Source of the DNA: Pandoraea vervacti
GTDB lineage: Bacteria > Pseudomonadota > Gammaproteobacteria > Burkholderiales > Burkholderiaceae
NCBI RefSeq assembly: GCF_000934605.2
Contig: NZ_CP010897.2
Span: forward strand, 3,084,437 to 3,116,436
DNA: 32,000 nt
Direction: 5' to 3'
How positions within the stretch are numbered: the first letter of the stretch is position 1; each line of letters begins with the position of its first letter. The notes beneath the pieces were generated by a model, which saw only the letters and a program-made list of their open reading frames with translations, did not search any database and was not told the origin of the DNA. Shown here one piece after another: positions 9,128 to 17,853 of the stretch. The position numbers and the translations under genes were made by a program.

Positions 9128-10119
9128 TGCTCACCTCGCAGATATTTGTCCACGGCGCGATTGTGCTCCTGAAGATTCGTCGAGAAATGGCTGGTGCCAT
9201 CGCCGCGTGCGACGAAGTACAGCGCGTCGGTCGGCGCCGGATTGAGCGCCGCAGCCAGCGACGCCACACCCGGCAGCGCAATGGGCGTTGGCGGCAAGCC
9301 GGCCCGCGTGTAAGTGTTGTACGGCGTATCGGTCTGCAAATCGCGCTTGCGCAGACGCCCGGTGTAAAGATCGCCCATCCCGTAGATCACTGTCGGGTCC
9401 GTCTGCAACAGCATGCGCTTGCGCAGCCGGTTGACGAACACCGCAGCCACTTGCCCACGCTCCACCGCCTGCCCCGTCTCTTTCTCCACCAGCGAAGCCA
9501 TGATAAGCGCCTCGTACGGCGTGGCGTACGGCAGGCCCGGTGCGCGCGAGGCCCAGGCCTCGTCCAGACGCTTCTGCATCAGGCGATAAGCACGCTTGTA
9601 AATATCGATATCGCTCGAACCTTTCGGAAAAAGGTACGTGTCGGGGAAGAACATGCCCTCGGCCTCCGCGCGATCCGCGCCCACCAGTTGCATCAGATCG
9701 GCGTCCGGCAACCCTGCGGTGTCGTGACGCAGCGCCGGGTTGGCGTCGATCTCCGAGCGCATCTTCTTGAAGGTCCAGCCTTCGATGATCGTCACGACGT
9801 ACTGGTTGACATCGCCACGCGCGAGCTTGTCCATCACTTCCATCGGCGTGACGCCGGTCGCGAACTCGTAGTTGCCCGATTTGAGCTTGGTGCCCACGTC
9901 CATCACGCGCGCGAGCAGATTGAACAGCACCGGATGCACCGGCACGCCGCCCGCGCGCAGTTGCGTGGCGACGCTGCGCACCGAGCTATAGGGTTTGATC
10001 GTGACGTCGAGCGTCGGCTTACCCAATTGCAGCGGCGACTGAGCCCAGTAATAGAAAGCGCCGCCCGCCGCCAGTGCGGCGACAATCAACAGGACAAACA
10101 GGCGTTTGATGAAAGACAT
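9124..10119 (-). CDS. mltG: endolytic murein transglycosylase MltG (YceG family)
   Basis: The ORF track extends to 10455, but the signal-anchor N-terminus [25 protein letters not shown] begins at ATG 10119. YceG motifs: [54 protein letters not shown]. 4-bp overlap with tmk. Confidence 0.85.
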   Translation of the reverse strand: MSFIKRLFVLLIVAALAAGGAFYYWAQSPLQLGKPTLDVTIKPYSSVRSVATQLRAGGVPVHPVLFNLLARVMDVGTKLKSGNYEFATGVTPMEVMDKLARGDVNQYVVTIIEGWTFKKMRSEIDANPALRHDTAGLPDADLMQLVGADRAEAEGMFFPDTYLFPKGSSDIDIYKRAYRLMQKRLDEAWASRAPGLPYATPYEALIMASLVEKETGQAVERGQVAAVFVNRLRKRMLLQTDPTVIYGMGDLYTGRLRKRDLQTDTPYNTYTRAGLPPTPIALPGVASLAAALNPAPTDALYFVARGDGTSHFSTNLQEHNRAVDKYLRGEQ

Positions 10120-10315
10120 GAATTGCAGGATAAGTCGCCTGACGGCGGCAGCGGGTTCGGGGGACTCGTCCGCCGGACCTGCGTGATGTTGACCGTATCG
10201 AGCCGCGCATTTTGCACGTCGTTGCACGTCGAACCGGGCTCGCACGTCCTGGCGGAAGACCCAATATAATACTTTGACTTGCCGAACCCTCACAGATTGA
10301 CAGCCACTTTCGTTT

Positions 10316-11458
10316 ATGACCTCCCAATGGCGTGATCTTCTGCCGCAAGCGGCAGCCGCTTCCCTGTCCGATATTTCGTCCGACGCACGTGCCGTCCAGT
10401 TCGATGCACTGCGCGCGGGCAGTTTCGTGTCGCTCGCGAGCGACACCGGGCTCATTGCCGTGAACGGCGCCGACGCCGCCGCGTTCCTGCACGGTCAACT
10501 GACCAACGACGTCGAGCGCCTGTCGCCGGTGCAGGCGCGTCTGGCCGGCTATTGCTCAGCCAAGGGGCGTCTGCTCGCGACCTTCCTCATGTGGCGCGAC
10601 ACATCGCCCGAGGCGACCCTCTATCTCGCGAGCGACGCCTCCGTACAGGCCGCCGTCCAGAAGCGCCTGTCGATGTTCGTGCTGCGCGCCAAGGCCAAGC
10701 TCACCGACGGCACGGCAACGCACGTCCTGCTGCAAGTCGGCGGTCCTGCGGCCGAGGCCGTGCTCACCCGCACGTTCGCCTCGCTGCCGACGGCGCCGCT
10801 CGTTGCCGTGCATGCCACGATGGGCGATGCGCCGGTCAATGCCACGAGCCTGATCCGCTTGCCGGACGCGGGCGTCGCGCGCTCGCTGTCGCGCTTCCTG
10901 TGGAGCGTGCCCATCGCGCAGGCGCAGGACGTCTGGAACGCGCTCGTGCAAACCGAGGGCGTCGTTGCGGTCGACCCGGCGATTGCCGCCTGGCTCGATG
11001 TGCAAAGCGGCGTCGCGCGCGTGACGGCAGCCACGCAGGAACAGTTCGTGCCGCAGATGATCAACTGGGAAGTCGTCGGTGGCGTGAACTTCCGCAAGGG
11101 CTGCTATCCCGGCCAGGAGGTGGTGGCCCGCAGCCAGTATCGCGGCACCATCAAGCGCCGGTTGCATCTCGCGCATGTCGAGGGCGAGCCGCCGTTGCCG
11201 GGACAGGCGTTGATCGAATCGAGCGACGCGGATCAGCCTTGCGGCATGGTCGTTCAGGCCGCGCCCGCGCCGAATGGCGGCTTCGACGTCCTCGTCGAGG
11301 TGAAACTCGCCGCACGTGAGACCGACGACGTGCGGATCGGCTCGGTGGACGGACCGGCGCTGGCGTTTGCCGATCTGCCGTATGCGATCATCGATCCGAC
11401 CGAAACGCCGGGTGCATCAACGGCGTCGGCAGGGTCGGCCGCGTCATCTGCGCCCTGA
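10316..11458 (+). CDS. ygfZ: folate-binding YgfZ / GcvT-like protein
   Basis: Signature FRKGCYPGQEVVARSQYRGTIKRRL (KGCYxGQE). Low-complexity Ala/Ser C-terminal tail. Exact start not verified. Confidence 0.75.
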   Translation: MTSQWRDLLPQAAAASLSDISSDARAVQFDALRAGSFVSLASDTGLIAVNGADAAAFLHGQLTNDVERLSPVQARLAGYCSAKGRLLATFLMWRDTSPEATLYLASDASVQAAVQKRLSMFVLRAKAKLTDGTATHVLLQVGGPAAEAVLTRTFASLPTAPLVAVHATMGDAPVNATSLIRLPDAGVARSLSRFLWSVPIAQAQDVWNALVQTEGVVAVDPAIAAWLDVQSGVARVTAATQEQFVPQMINWEVVGGVNFRKGCYPGQEVVARSQYRGTIKRRLHLAHVEGEPPLPGQALIESSDADQPCGMVVQAAPAPNGGFDVLVEVKLAARETDDVRIGSVDGPALAFADLPYAIIDPTETPGASTASAGSAASSAP

Positions 11459-11477
11459 TTCGGTCTGCCCGCAACGG

Positions 11478-11825
11478 ATGGACTGTTACGTCTACTATCG
11501 CGTCTCGCCGCAGCACGCCAAGGCCGCTCATCAGGCTGTTATGCAGCTCTTCGCGCTGGCGGCGGCGCGCTTTGGCGTCGTCGGTCGCATTCAGTCGCGT
11601 GCGGATGCGTCGGCCAATGAGGTCGCCAGTGCGGCCGCCGACCCTGGCGCCAACGACGCGCCAGGCATGCAAACGTGGATGGAGCGCTACGACGACGTCG
11701 GTCCCGCTTTCGTCACCGCGCTGCCTGAACTGGTTGCCGAGGCCGGTCTCGCCTCGCTGGTGGACGGTGAGCGCCACGTCGAGTGCTTCGTCGATCTCCC
11801 GCCCCCCCTCCCTCCATGTGCCTGA
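11478..11825 (+). CDS. small conserved protein, DUF4936-like
   Basis: ATG 11478: MDCYVYYRV...MQTWMERYDDV...GERHVECF. This fits my recollection of the DUF4936 pattern. The ORF-track start at 11316 overlaps the ygfZ 3' end and is unlikely. Confidence 0.55.
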   Translation: MDCYVYYRVSPQHAKAAHQAVMQLFALAAARFGVVGRIQSRADASANEVASAAADPGANDAPGMQTWMERYDDVGPAFVTALPELVAEAGLASLVDGERHVECFVDLPPPLPPCA

Positions 11826-12688
11826 TCGTTTTTTCCTGGCAACCTGAAGCCGCTACGCCGCTCGTTGTGCTCGCCAATCGAGACGAATTCTTCGAGCGCC
11901 CCGCCGAGCCGATGCACTGGTGGTCCGATCGACCCGACGTGCTCGCCGGGCGCGACCTGCGGGGCGGAGGCACGTGGATGGGCGTGAACCGCGCCGGGCG
12001 CTTCGCCGCACTGACGAACTTCCGCGATGGTCGCGCGCCCATGACGCCCAAGGACACGCCGTCGCGAGGCCTGCTCGTGTCCGCCATGCTCGACGCGACC
12101 TCGTTCGACGATGACCTGATGCGTATCGAAAAACACGCGCACGAGTACGCGGGGTTCAATCTGCTGGCGGGAGATTTGCCGGCGGGCAAGCTGTACTGGC
12201 TGGGCAATCGCGAGACCGGCGAGACTGGTGACAGCGGCGAGAGCGGTGACAGGGGCGAGGCCGCCGGGCCAACCGCGCTGCCCGTCGCACATCCGATCAC
12301 CCCGGGGATTCACGGCCTGTCGAACGCGCTGCTCGATACGCCCTGGCCAAAGCTGGTGAGCCGGCGCGATGCGCTGCGCAATGCGCTGCATGACGGCGCC
12401 GATGCGGCGACACTGCTGCGAATCATGCGCGACCCGACGCAGGCCGCAGACGACCAATTGCCCGAGACCGGCGTCCCCCTCGAATGGGAACGCGCTCTCT
12501 CGGCCGCGTTCATTGCGTCACCCGCCTACGGCACACGATGCACCACGCTGCTTCGCTATCACCGTGACGGCGCCATCGAAATGACCGAAGCCACGATCTC
12601 GCCTGGCCAATTGCCGGAATCATTGTCCAACCGGCGCGATTTTGTCTTCAACGTGCCGTCGATCGCTTTAGCCCCATCCCACGCCTGA
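11816..12688 (+). CDS. NRDE-family protein
   Basis: ATG 11816: MCLIVFSWQPE, followed by VVLANRDEFFERP (the NRDE motif). 10-bp overlap with the preceding gene. Confidence 0.75.
   Translation: MCLIVFSWQPEAATPLVVLANRDEFFERPAEPMHWWSDRPDVLAGRDLRGGGTWMGVNRAGRFAALTNFRDGRAPMTPKDTPSRGLLVSAMLDATSFDDDLMRIEKHAHEYAGFNLLAGDLPAGKLYWLGNRETGETGDSGESGDRGEAAGPTALPVAHPITPGIHGLSNALLDTPWPKLVSRRDALRNALHDGADAATLLRIMRDPTQAADDQLPETGVPLEWERALSAAFIASPAYGTRCTTLLRYHRDGAIEMTEATISPGQLPESLSNRRDFVFNVPSIALAPSHA
12211..12264 (+). repeat. in-frame coding 9-bp tandem repeat, 6 degenerate units
   Basis: Units: cgagaccgg cgagactgg tgacagcgg cgagagcgg tgacagggg cgaggccgc. They encode ETG-ETG-DSG-ESG-DRG-EAA inside the NRDE-family gene. 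Confidence 0.6.
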
Positions 12689-13190
12689 TTTCGAGCACGA
12701 ACGACGAAAACCGAAATAGGTTTCTCATTTCGCCCGCAAAAATGGGAAGCGCTATTTGCGTACTGTTTTCCGCGTTAACCTATTCGCTTTCGCCTCGACA
12801 AGCCATATTTAACGGGCTTGTCACCAGGTAATTTTCTGATTTCTATAAAAAAACGCCACATTCTTCGACGAACAATCATTTCGTCGCCTTACATTTGGCT
12901 ATAATTGCACGCCAAACTTTTTGGGATGCTATGAAAAAGCACGACGCGGTACAGCGTCGGCTTTGACGCCAGATCCGGCTGTATAGAGCGGCAGTCGGGG
13001 TAACGCATTAAACGGAGCAATGCATCCGTGGCATAGCAAAGCGGTAATCGCTTATTTTCCAATTCCAGCCATGCCAGAAAAATACGACGCGCGAATCAGG
13101 GGTCGCGCGCCACAATGGACTTCGGGGGAAGTCTCCATTGAGGATTCTCTGCCACAGCCGGCAGTTGCCGAAACAGCGGCGGCTGCGGCA
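12689..13190 (+). promoter_or_regulatory. long leader / promoter region of the APE-like operon
   Basis: The first ~330 bp is visibly AT-rich compared with the rest of the window. TATAAT hexamer at 12900-12905, with no good -35. TTGTCA at 12818-12823. Dyad CGACGAA-N7-TTCGTCG at 12866-12886. Small hairpins at 12942-12959 and 13118-13133. The transcription start is not determinable from sequence. Confidence 0.4.
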
Positions 13191-13910
13191 ATGGCAGACA
13201 TTGTCGCGCGCTGGTCGCTGCCAGTGCGCCGGTGGGCCTATCGTCAGACAGGCGCAGCCGCTTCCGGTAAGCCCGACGTGGGCATCGTCGATCCGATGCT
13301 TAGGCGCCGGCTGAGCCCCCTCGCCAGACTCGCCTTGTCGGCCGCTGCCGCCTGCGGCCCGCTGCCGCACGCTTGTCGCATCGTCTATGCGTCGCAACAC
13401 GGCGAAATCCAGCGCACCACCCAGATGCTCGAAGCGCTCGCGCGAGGCGAACCGCCCTCCCCTACGGCTTTCAGCCTGTCCGTCCTCAATGCGACGCCCG
13501 GCGTCCTGAGCATTGCGCGAAAGGACCATTCGGCCATCAACGCCATTACCGCTGGCGACGACACACTCGGCTATGCACTGCTCGATGCATGGACACAGCT
13601 ACGCGAGACGCCGGCATCCCCCGTGTTGCTCATCCACGCGTTCGAAGCGCCGCCGGCCTGCTACGGACCGACCGCACGACAAGTCGACGACGCCGGGAAC
13701 GCGTTGGCCATCCTGATGGAATCCGATGCCCCGGCGAGACTGACCTGCACGATGCATCTGCCCGCGCGACGCACCGCGCACGCGGAGCCGCGCTCGCAAA
13801 GCACCAGCCTCGTCACGTCCCTTCTGGGCGGAGGCAGCGACCGGTGGCGCGGTGAGTGTCACGACTGGCAGTGGGAATGGCAAGAGGATGCTCAGCATGC
13901 GCGCGACTGA
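13191..13910 (+). CDS. apeC: ketosynthase chain-length-factor-like protein (Ketoacyl-synt_2 type, no active-site Cys)
   Basis: RRRLSPLARLAL...IVYASQHGEIQRTTQMLEALARGEPPSPTAFSLSVLNATPGVLSI...VLLIHAFEAPP matches the CLF-like family pattern (SV-H/L-NA in place of the KS Cys). Start is uncertain. The ORF track gives 13020 and 13071 is also possible. 13191 (MADIVARWSLPV) gives the usual ~240 aa and excludes the AT-rich codons. Confidence 0.65.
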   Translation: MADIVARWSLPVRRWAYRQTGAAASGKPDVGIVDPMLRRRLSPLARLALSAAAACGPLPHACRIVYASQHGEIQRTTQMLEALARGEPPSPTAFSLSVLNATPGVLSIARKDHSAINAITAGDDTLGYALLDAWTQLRETPASPVLLIHAFEAPPACYGPTARQVDDAGNALAILMESDAPARLTCTMHLPARRTAHAEPRSQSTSLVTSLLGGGSDRWRGECHDWQWEWQEDAQHARD

Positions 13911-14802
13911 CACGGGATGGAAGTTCCAGACCACACGGCGCCACGCGGCGGCTCTGCTCCTGTGGGCATGCTTCGCGGTGGGCGGTCTTGTCTTTTCGCT
14001 GGTGATCTTTCCGGGACTGCTGTTACTGCCAATATCGACGCGTTTGCGCCGGCGATACGCGATGGCGCTGGTCCATCGGTGTTTCGCGGCATTGGTGGCC
14101 AGTTGCCGTGCGCTCGGCGTGATGCGCTTCGAATTTCACAACGTCGAGACACTGCGTCATCTCGGGCGGGCAATCGTGATCGCCAACCACCCGTCGTATC
14201 TGGATGTCGTCGTTCTGCTCGCGTTGATGCCCCGCGCTTGTTGCATCGTGACGAGCCGACATTGGCGAAACCCGCTTTTTGCGGGCATTGTTCGTTCCGC
14301 CGGATACCTGCGCAACGATGGCGGGCCATCGCTCGTGAGCGCGAGCCATGCGTCGCTCGCGGACGACGTGCCGCTCATCGTATTCCCCGAAGGCACACGA
14401 AGCCCGTCGCGGGGACGGCTCGGCAAATTCTCCCGTGGATTCGCGCATATCGCACTGGCACATCGCTGCCCGATCCTTCCGGTCCTTATCGATTGCGATC
14501 CGCCCGCCTATACCAAACAACACCGCTGGTATTCGGTGTCGCCGCAGAGGCCGACACTGCACGTTCGCGTGCTGGAAACCGATATCGGTACGCAGAGCCT
14601 TGGCCAGCAAGGCGAGGCTGCCGGCGCGCACCTCAATCCGATCCCGCAGCCCTCATCGAAGGCAACCACGCCCGCGCACACCGACACGGGGTCTGCCCCG
14701 ACGCACGGTGACGTGACACCTCTGGCTGCGAGACGCCTGACCGCATTCGCGGAACATTTTTTCATCGATCAGATTTCTCGACATGGCTTCACTAGAACTT
14801 GA
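13897..14802 (+). CDS. apeD: lysophospholipid (PlsC/LPLAT-type) acyltransferase, membrane-anchored
   Basis: NHPSYLDVVVL (Hx4D) and VFPEGTRS motifs; N-terminal hydrophobic segment. ATG 13897 is preceded by AAGAGGA (alternative starts 13888 and 13852). Overlaps the apeC-like stop. Confidence 0.8.
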   Translation: MRATDTGWKFQTTRRHAAALLLWACFAVGGLVFSLVIFPGLLLLPISTRLRRRYAMALVHRCFAALVASCRALGVMRFEFHNVETLRHLGRAIVIANHPSYLDVVVLLALMPRACCIVTSRHWRNPLFAGIVRSAGYLRNDGGPSLVSASHASLADDVPLIVFPEGTRSPSRGRLGKFSRGFAHIALAHRCPILPVLIDCDPPAYTKQHRWYSVSPQRPTLHVRVLETDIGTQSLGQQGEAAGAHLNPIPQPSSKATTPAHTDTGSAPTHGDVTPLAARRLTAFAEHFFIDQISRHGFTRT

Positions 14803-15046
14803 GATCAAGCAATTGATCGTCGATGGGCTCGAATTAGAGGACATCGGCGTGGACGACATCACGGACGATATTCCGTTGTTTGGCGACGGCCTGGGCCTGG
14901 ACTCCATTGACGCGCTTGAGCTCGGCATTGCCTTGCGCAAGCGCTTCGGCTTGCAAATCGAATCAAACGACGAGGCCGCTCGCGCGCAGTTCCGCAGCGT
15001 ATCCACCCTTGCCCAATTGTTGCGCGAACGCGGTTGCGCCCAGTAA
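14783..15046 (+). CDS. apeE: acyl carrier protein 1
   Basis: 87 aa; phosphopantetheine-attachment motif LGLDSIDALEL. Confidence 0.85.
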   Translation: MASLELEIKQLIVDGLELEDIGVDDITDDIPLFGDGLGLDSIDALELGIALRKRFGLQIESNDEAARAQFRSVSTLAQLLRERGCAQ

Positions 15047-15058
15047 GGAAAGAAAGAA

Positions 15059-15325
15059 ATGACCCCATTGACGTTGCCCCTCACGGACGAAGACATTCTT
15101 TCGCGGTTGCGCACCATTTTGCACGACACGTTCGAAATCGAGCCCGAACGCGTCACGCCAGAAGCGCACCTTTTCGAAGCGTTGGATCTCGACAGCATCG
15201 ACGCGGTGGATCTGGCCATTCAGCTTCAGCGCATGACCGGCAAACGTATCAAGTCGGAAGATTTCAAAAGCGTTCGCACTGTCGCCGATGTGATCGCGGC
15301 AGTCCATACGCTGCTCAACGACTGA
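15059..15325 (+). CDS. apeF: acyl carrier protein 2
   Basis: 88 aa; LDLDSIDAVDL. AAGGAAAG Shine-Dalgarno just upstream. Confidence 0.85.
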   Translation: MTPLTLPLTDEDILSRLRTILHDTFEIEPERVTPEAHLFEALDLDSIDAVDLAIQLQRMTGKRIKSEDFKSVRTVADVIAAVHTLLND

Positions 15326-15334
15326 CGAACGAGC

Positions 15335-15997
15335 ATGCCGCAAATTCACGCCAACGCGTCGGCGTCGTTGCCACACGCCGCCTCGAAGAAGGGGCGATGG
15401 CAGTCGCTCGTTGCCGCGCTCGCGTATCCGATGCTGATCCTCGCCGGGATAACATTGCTCGCCCCTCGATACATCGCGCTGATGCTGCTCGTCGGGCTGT
15501 TTTTGCGATACCGGGGAAATCTGCGCACTCAACGGCTGCTGATGCCAGCAGAATGGATCGCCGCCGGCGGACTGGGGGCGCTGGCCTGCGCGACGGCGTT
15601 GAGCAACAGCGAAATGCTGCTGCGGTGCTATCCCGTTGCGGTCAATATCGGCATGGGGGTGACGTTCGCCCTGTCGCTGCGCGCGCCCGTCTCAATGGTC
15701 GAAAGGATCGCCCGGCTGCATCAACCGGATCTGCCGGCCGACGCTTCGCCTTACCTACGTGCCGTGACACGCGTGTGGATCGCGTTTTTCGTCATCAACG
15801 GCAGTATCGCGCTTTGCACCGCGTTCTGGGCGTCGCGCGAGATATGGTCGCTGTACAACGGTGGCATTGCCTACGTGCTCATTGGCCTGTTGTTCGCGGG
15901 CGAGTGGCTGTATCGCCGTCGCATGCTTGCACACAAAGCGGGAGAAGCGATGGAAAAGCGATCCGGCGCGGTAACCGCACAGGACCGGCGCCCATGA
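15335..15997 (+). CDS. apeG: polytopic membrane protein of unknown function (apeG position)
   Basis: 220 aa with several hydrophobic helices (LVAALAYPMLILAGITLLAP, WIAFFVINGSIALCTAFWA, IAYVLIGLLFAGEWL). Assigned by position between the ACPs and the adenylating enzyme; no catalytic motif seen. Confidence 0.6.
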   Translation: MPQIHANASASLPHAASKKGRWQSLVAALAYPMLILAGITLLAPRYIALMLLVGLFLRYRGNLRTQRLLMPAEWIAAGGLGALACATALSNSEMLLRCYPVAVNIGMGVTFALSLRAPVSMVERIARLHQPDLPADASPYLRAVTRVWIAFFVINGSIALCTAFWASREIWSLYNGGIAYVLIGLLFAGEWLYRRRMLAHKAGEAMEKRSGAVTAQDRRP

Positions 15998-17853
15998 ACG
16001 CGTTGCAGTCGTCGGCCCAGCCGTCGCACGCATGCCGTTCACTGGCAGAATTGCTGACGCCCCCTTCCGACCCGGCCCGGGTGATATGCATCGACGCGCA
16101 GGACACGTGCACGCCGCACACGTCGCTGAGCGCCGGGGCGTGGCACGCCCGCGTTACGACATTGCGTGATGCATGGGCAACGCGCCCTTCGCAACGTCTC
16201 GCGCTATGCCTGGACGACCCGCTCGACATGAGTTGCGCACTGTTTGCGGCGTGGGCAGCCGGAAAAACGCCGGTCGTCTTGCCCAACTTGCTTGCCCGGA
16301 CACGCGCGGATCTTGCGTTTGCCTATGACGAAGCGATCGACACCGAAAGCCTCGCGCAAGTCATGCTCGCCCGCGACCATACGAAGCCCGTCGGTTTGCG
16401 CTCGACGGGCCTGTCCCCGGCTTGCAGATTGGCGATCTACACATCCGGGAGCACCGGGGAGCCGAAGGCGGTCGTCAAGACACTCCGTCAACTCGACGAC
16501 GAGGTGCAGACCCTGCATCGCCACTGGGGCAAGCGACTGGAGAACGGCATTGTCGTGGCGAGCGTGCCATGCCATCACATCTATGGTCTGTGGTTCCGCA
16601 TTCTCTGGCCACTGGCCGCCGGCGTACCCTTTGCCCGCCAGACCTTTGCCGAGCCGTCGCATGCCAGCGTCTGGCGACGCTGGCCCAACGTCATATGGAT
16701 TGCGGGTCCCGCGCAGCTGACCCGGTGGCCGGCGTTGATCGGCGACGGCCCGTGGATTGACGCACCCCACATGGCCTTCTCCTCCGGCGGACCGCTTCCC
16801 GCCGAGGCTGCGCGGCAATATGTCGGTCTGACGCGCCACGCCGCCACTGACGCGCATGCGGCGCAGGCGCCGATCGAAGTGTTCGGCAGCACGGAGACGG
16901 GTGGCATTGCCTGGCGGCAGCAGGACGCGTCATCCGATTGGACGCCGCTCGGCGACACGCGTATTCGGGTCGGCGACACAGGAGCGCTGGAGATCTGTTC
17001 GCCACGTGTGGGCGACGGTCAATGGTGGCGTACCGATGACGGCGCTACCCTCCATGCCGATGGAACCTTCGCCTTGACGGGACGACTCGATCGCGTCGTC
17101 AAGATCGAGGGCAAGCGGCTCGCCTTGCCAAGCGTGGAATCCGCCTTGGCGCGCCACGAGTGGGTGGACGCGGCAGCCGCCGCCATCGTGTCGGGACGAC
17201 TGGCCGTGATTGTCGTACTGAACAACGCCGGCAACCGCGCGTGGGCCGAGCAATCGCTCAAGTCGGTGAGAGAGACGTTGCGCCGTTCACTCGCTGAAAC
17301 GTTCGACGCAACCGTTTTGCCCAGACGCTGGCGTTTCCTGCCGGCACTGCCGATCAATGAACGCGGCAAGCGCACCGCCGCCGACCTGGCCGCCTGTTTC
17401 GCACCTGCCACGCCATGGATGCCCTCGGTGCTGGGCGTACGTCTAAGCGATGGCGATGAGGGACATGAGGCGCAGCGAGAAGGCGAAGCGTCGCCGTTCC
17501 GTGTCGTCTGTACCCTCCGTGTCCCCCCCGGGTTGGCGCACTTCGAAGGGCATTTCCCGGGGTTGCCGTTGCTGCCGGGCGTCGTTCTGGTCGATTGGGC
17601 GACGCGTTTCGCCACACAGTATGCGTGCGAAAAAGCGGCTCGGCATGGGTGGGCAAACTGCACACCGGCCACCTTGCAGCAAGTGAAATTCTCGTCCCCC
17701 GTGCTTCCGGGAGCCCGGCTCGAACTCACACTGACATTCGACGCGACGCGCCATCGCGTGAAGTATCAATACGACGGCAGCCGGGGAGTCGTAGCTTCAG
17801 GATATCTGGGCTACGCCCCAATGCCTGCGGGCGCCGAGGTGTCCCCGCAATGA
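15994..17853 (+). CDS. apeH: fusion protein: AMP-dependent aryl-acid ligase (ApeH-like) + C-terminal ApeI/FabZ-type hot-dog dehydratase
   Basis: The ORF-track 939-aa ORF (from 15034) overlaps three genes in other frames. The real start is ATG 15994 (ATGA overlap with the apeG stop). Adenylation motifs: IYTSGSTGEPKAV, FGSTETGGIA, WRTDDGA, GRLDRVVKIEGKRL, INERGK (aa ~150-459). After a ~40-aa linker: HFEGHFPGLPLLPGVVLVDW (aa ~516-535) and the rest of a hot-dog fold. 619 aa in one uninterrupted frame. Confidence 0.8.
   Translation: MNALQSSAQPSHACRSLAELLTPPSDPARVICIDAQDTCTPHTSLSAGAWHARVTTLRDAWATRPSQRLALCLDDPLDMSCALFAAWAAGKTPVVLPNLLARTRADLAFAYDEAIDTESLAQVMLARDHTKPVGLRSTGLSPACRLAIYTSGSTGEPKAVVKTLRQLDDEVQTLHRHWGKRLENGIVVASVPCHHIYGLWFRILWPLAAGVPFARQTFAEPSHASVWRRWPNVIWIAGPAQLTRWPALIGDGPWIDAPHMAFSSGGPLPAEAARQYVGLTRHAATDAHAAQAPIEVFGSTETGGIAWRQQDASSDWTPLGDTRIRVGDTGALEICSPRVGDGQWWRTDDGATLHADGTFALTGRLDRVVKIEGKRLALPSVESALARHEWVDAAAAAIVSGRLAVIVVLNNAGNRAWAEQSLKSVRETLRRSLAETFDATVLPRRWRFLPALPINERGKRTAADLAACFAPATPWMPSVLGVRLSDGDEGHEAQREGEASPFRVVCTLRVPPGLAHFEGHFPGLPLLPGVVLVDWATRFATQYACEKAARHGWANCTPATLQQVKFSSPVLPGARLELTLTFDATRHRVKYQYDGSRGVVASGYLGYAPMPAGAEVSPQ

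Noticed and set aside
12931-12966. 11-codon ORF (MKKHDAVQRRL) after the TATAAT hexamer, as a leader peptide
   Set aside because: It is too short to support statistically. The SD is weak (GGGA) and there is no run of regulatory codons or convincing terminator/antiterminator pair. It is kept only as a note within the leader-region finding.
15034-15993. N-terminal 320 codons of the 939-aa ORF-track entry 15034-17853
   Set aside because: This part overlaps the second ACP gene and the membrane-protein gene in other frames. It translates to Arg-rich nonsense. The adenylase homology begins only after ATG 15994, which forms an ATGA junction with the preceding stop.
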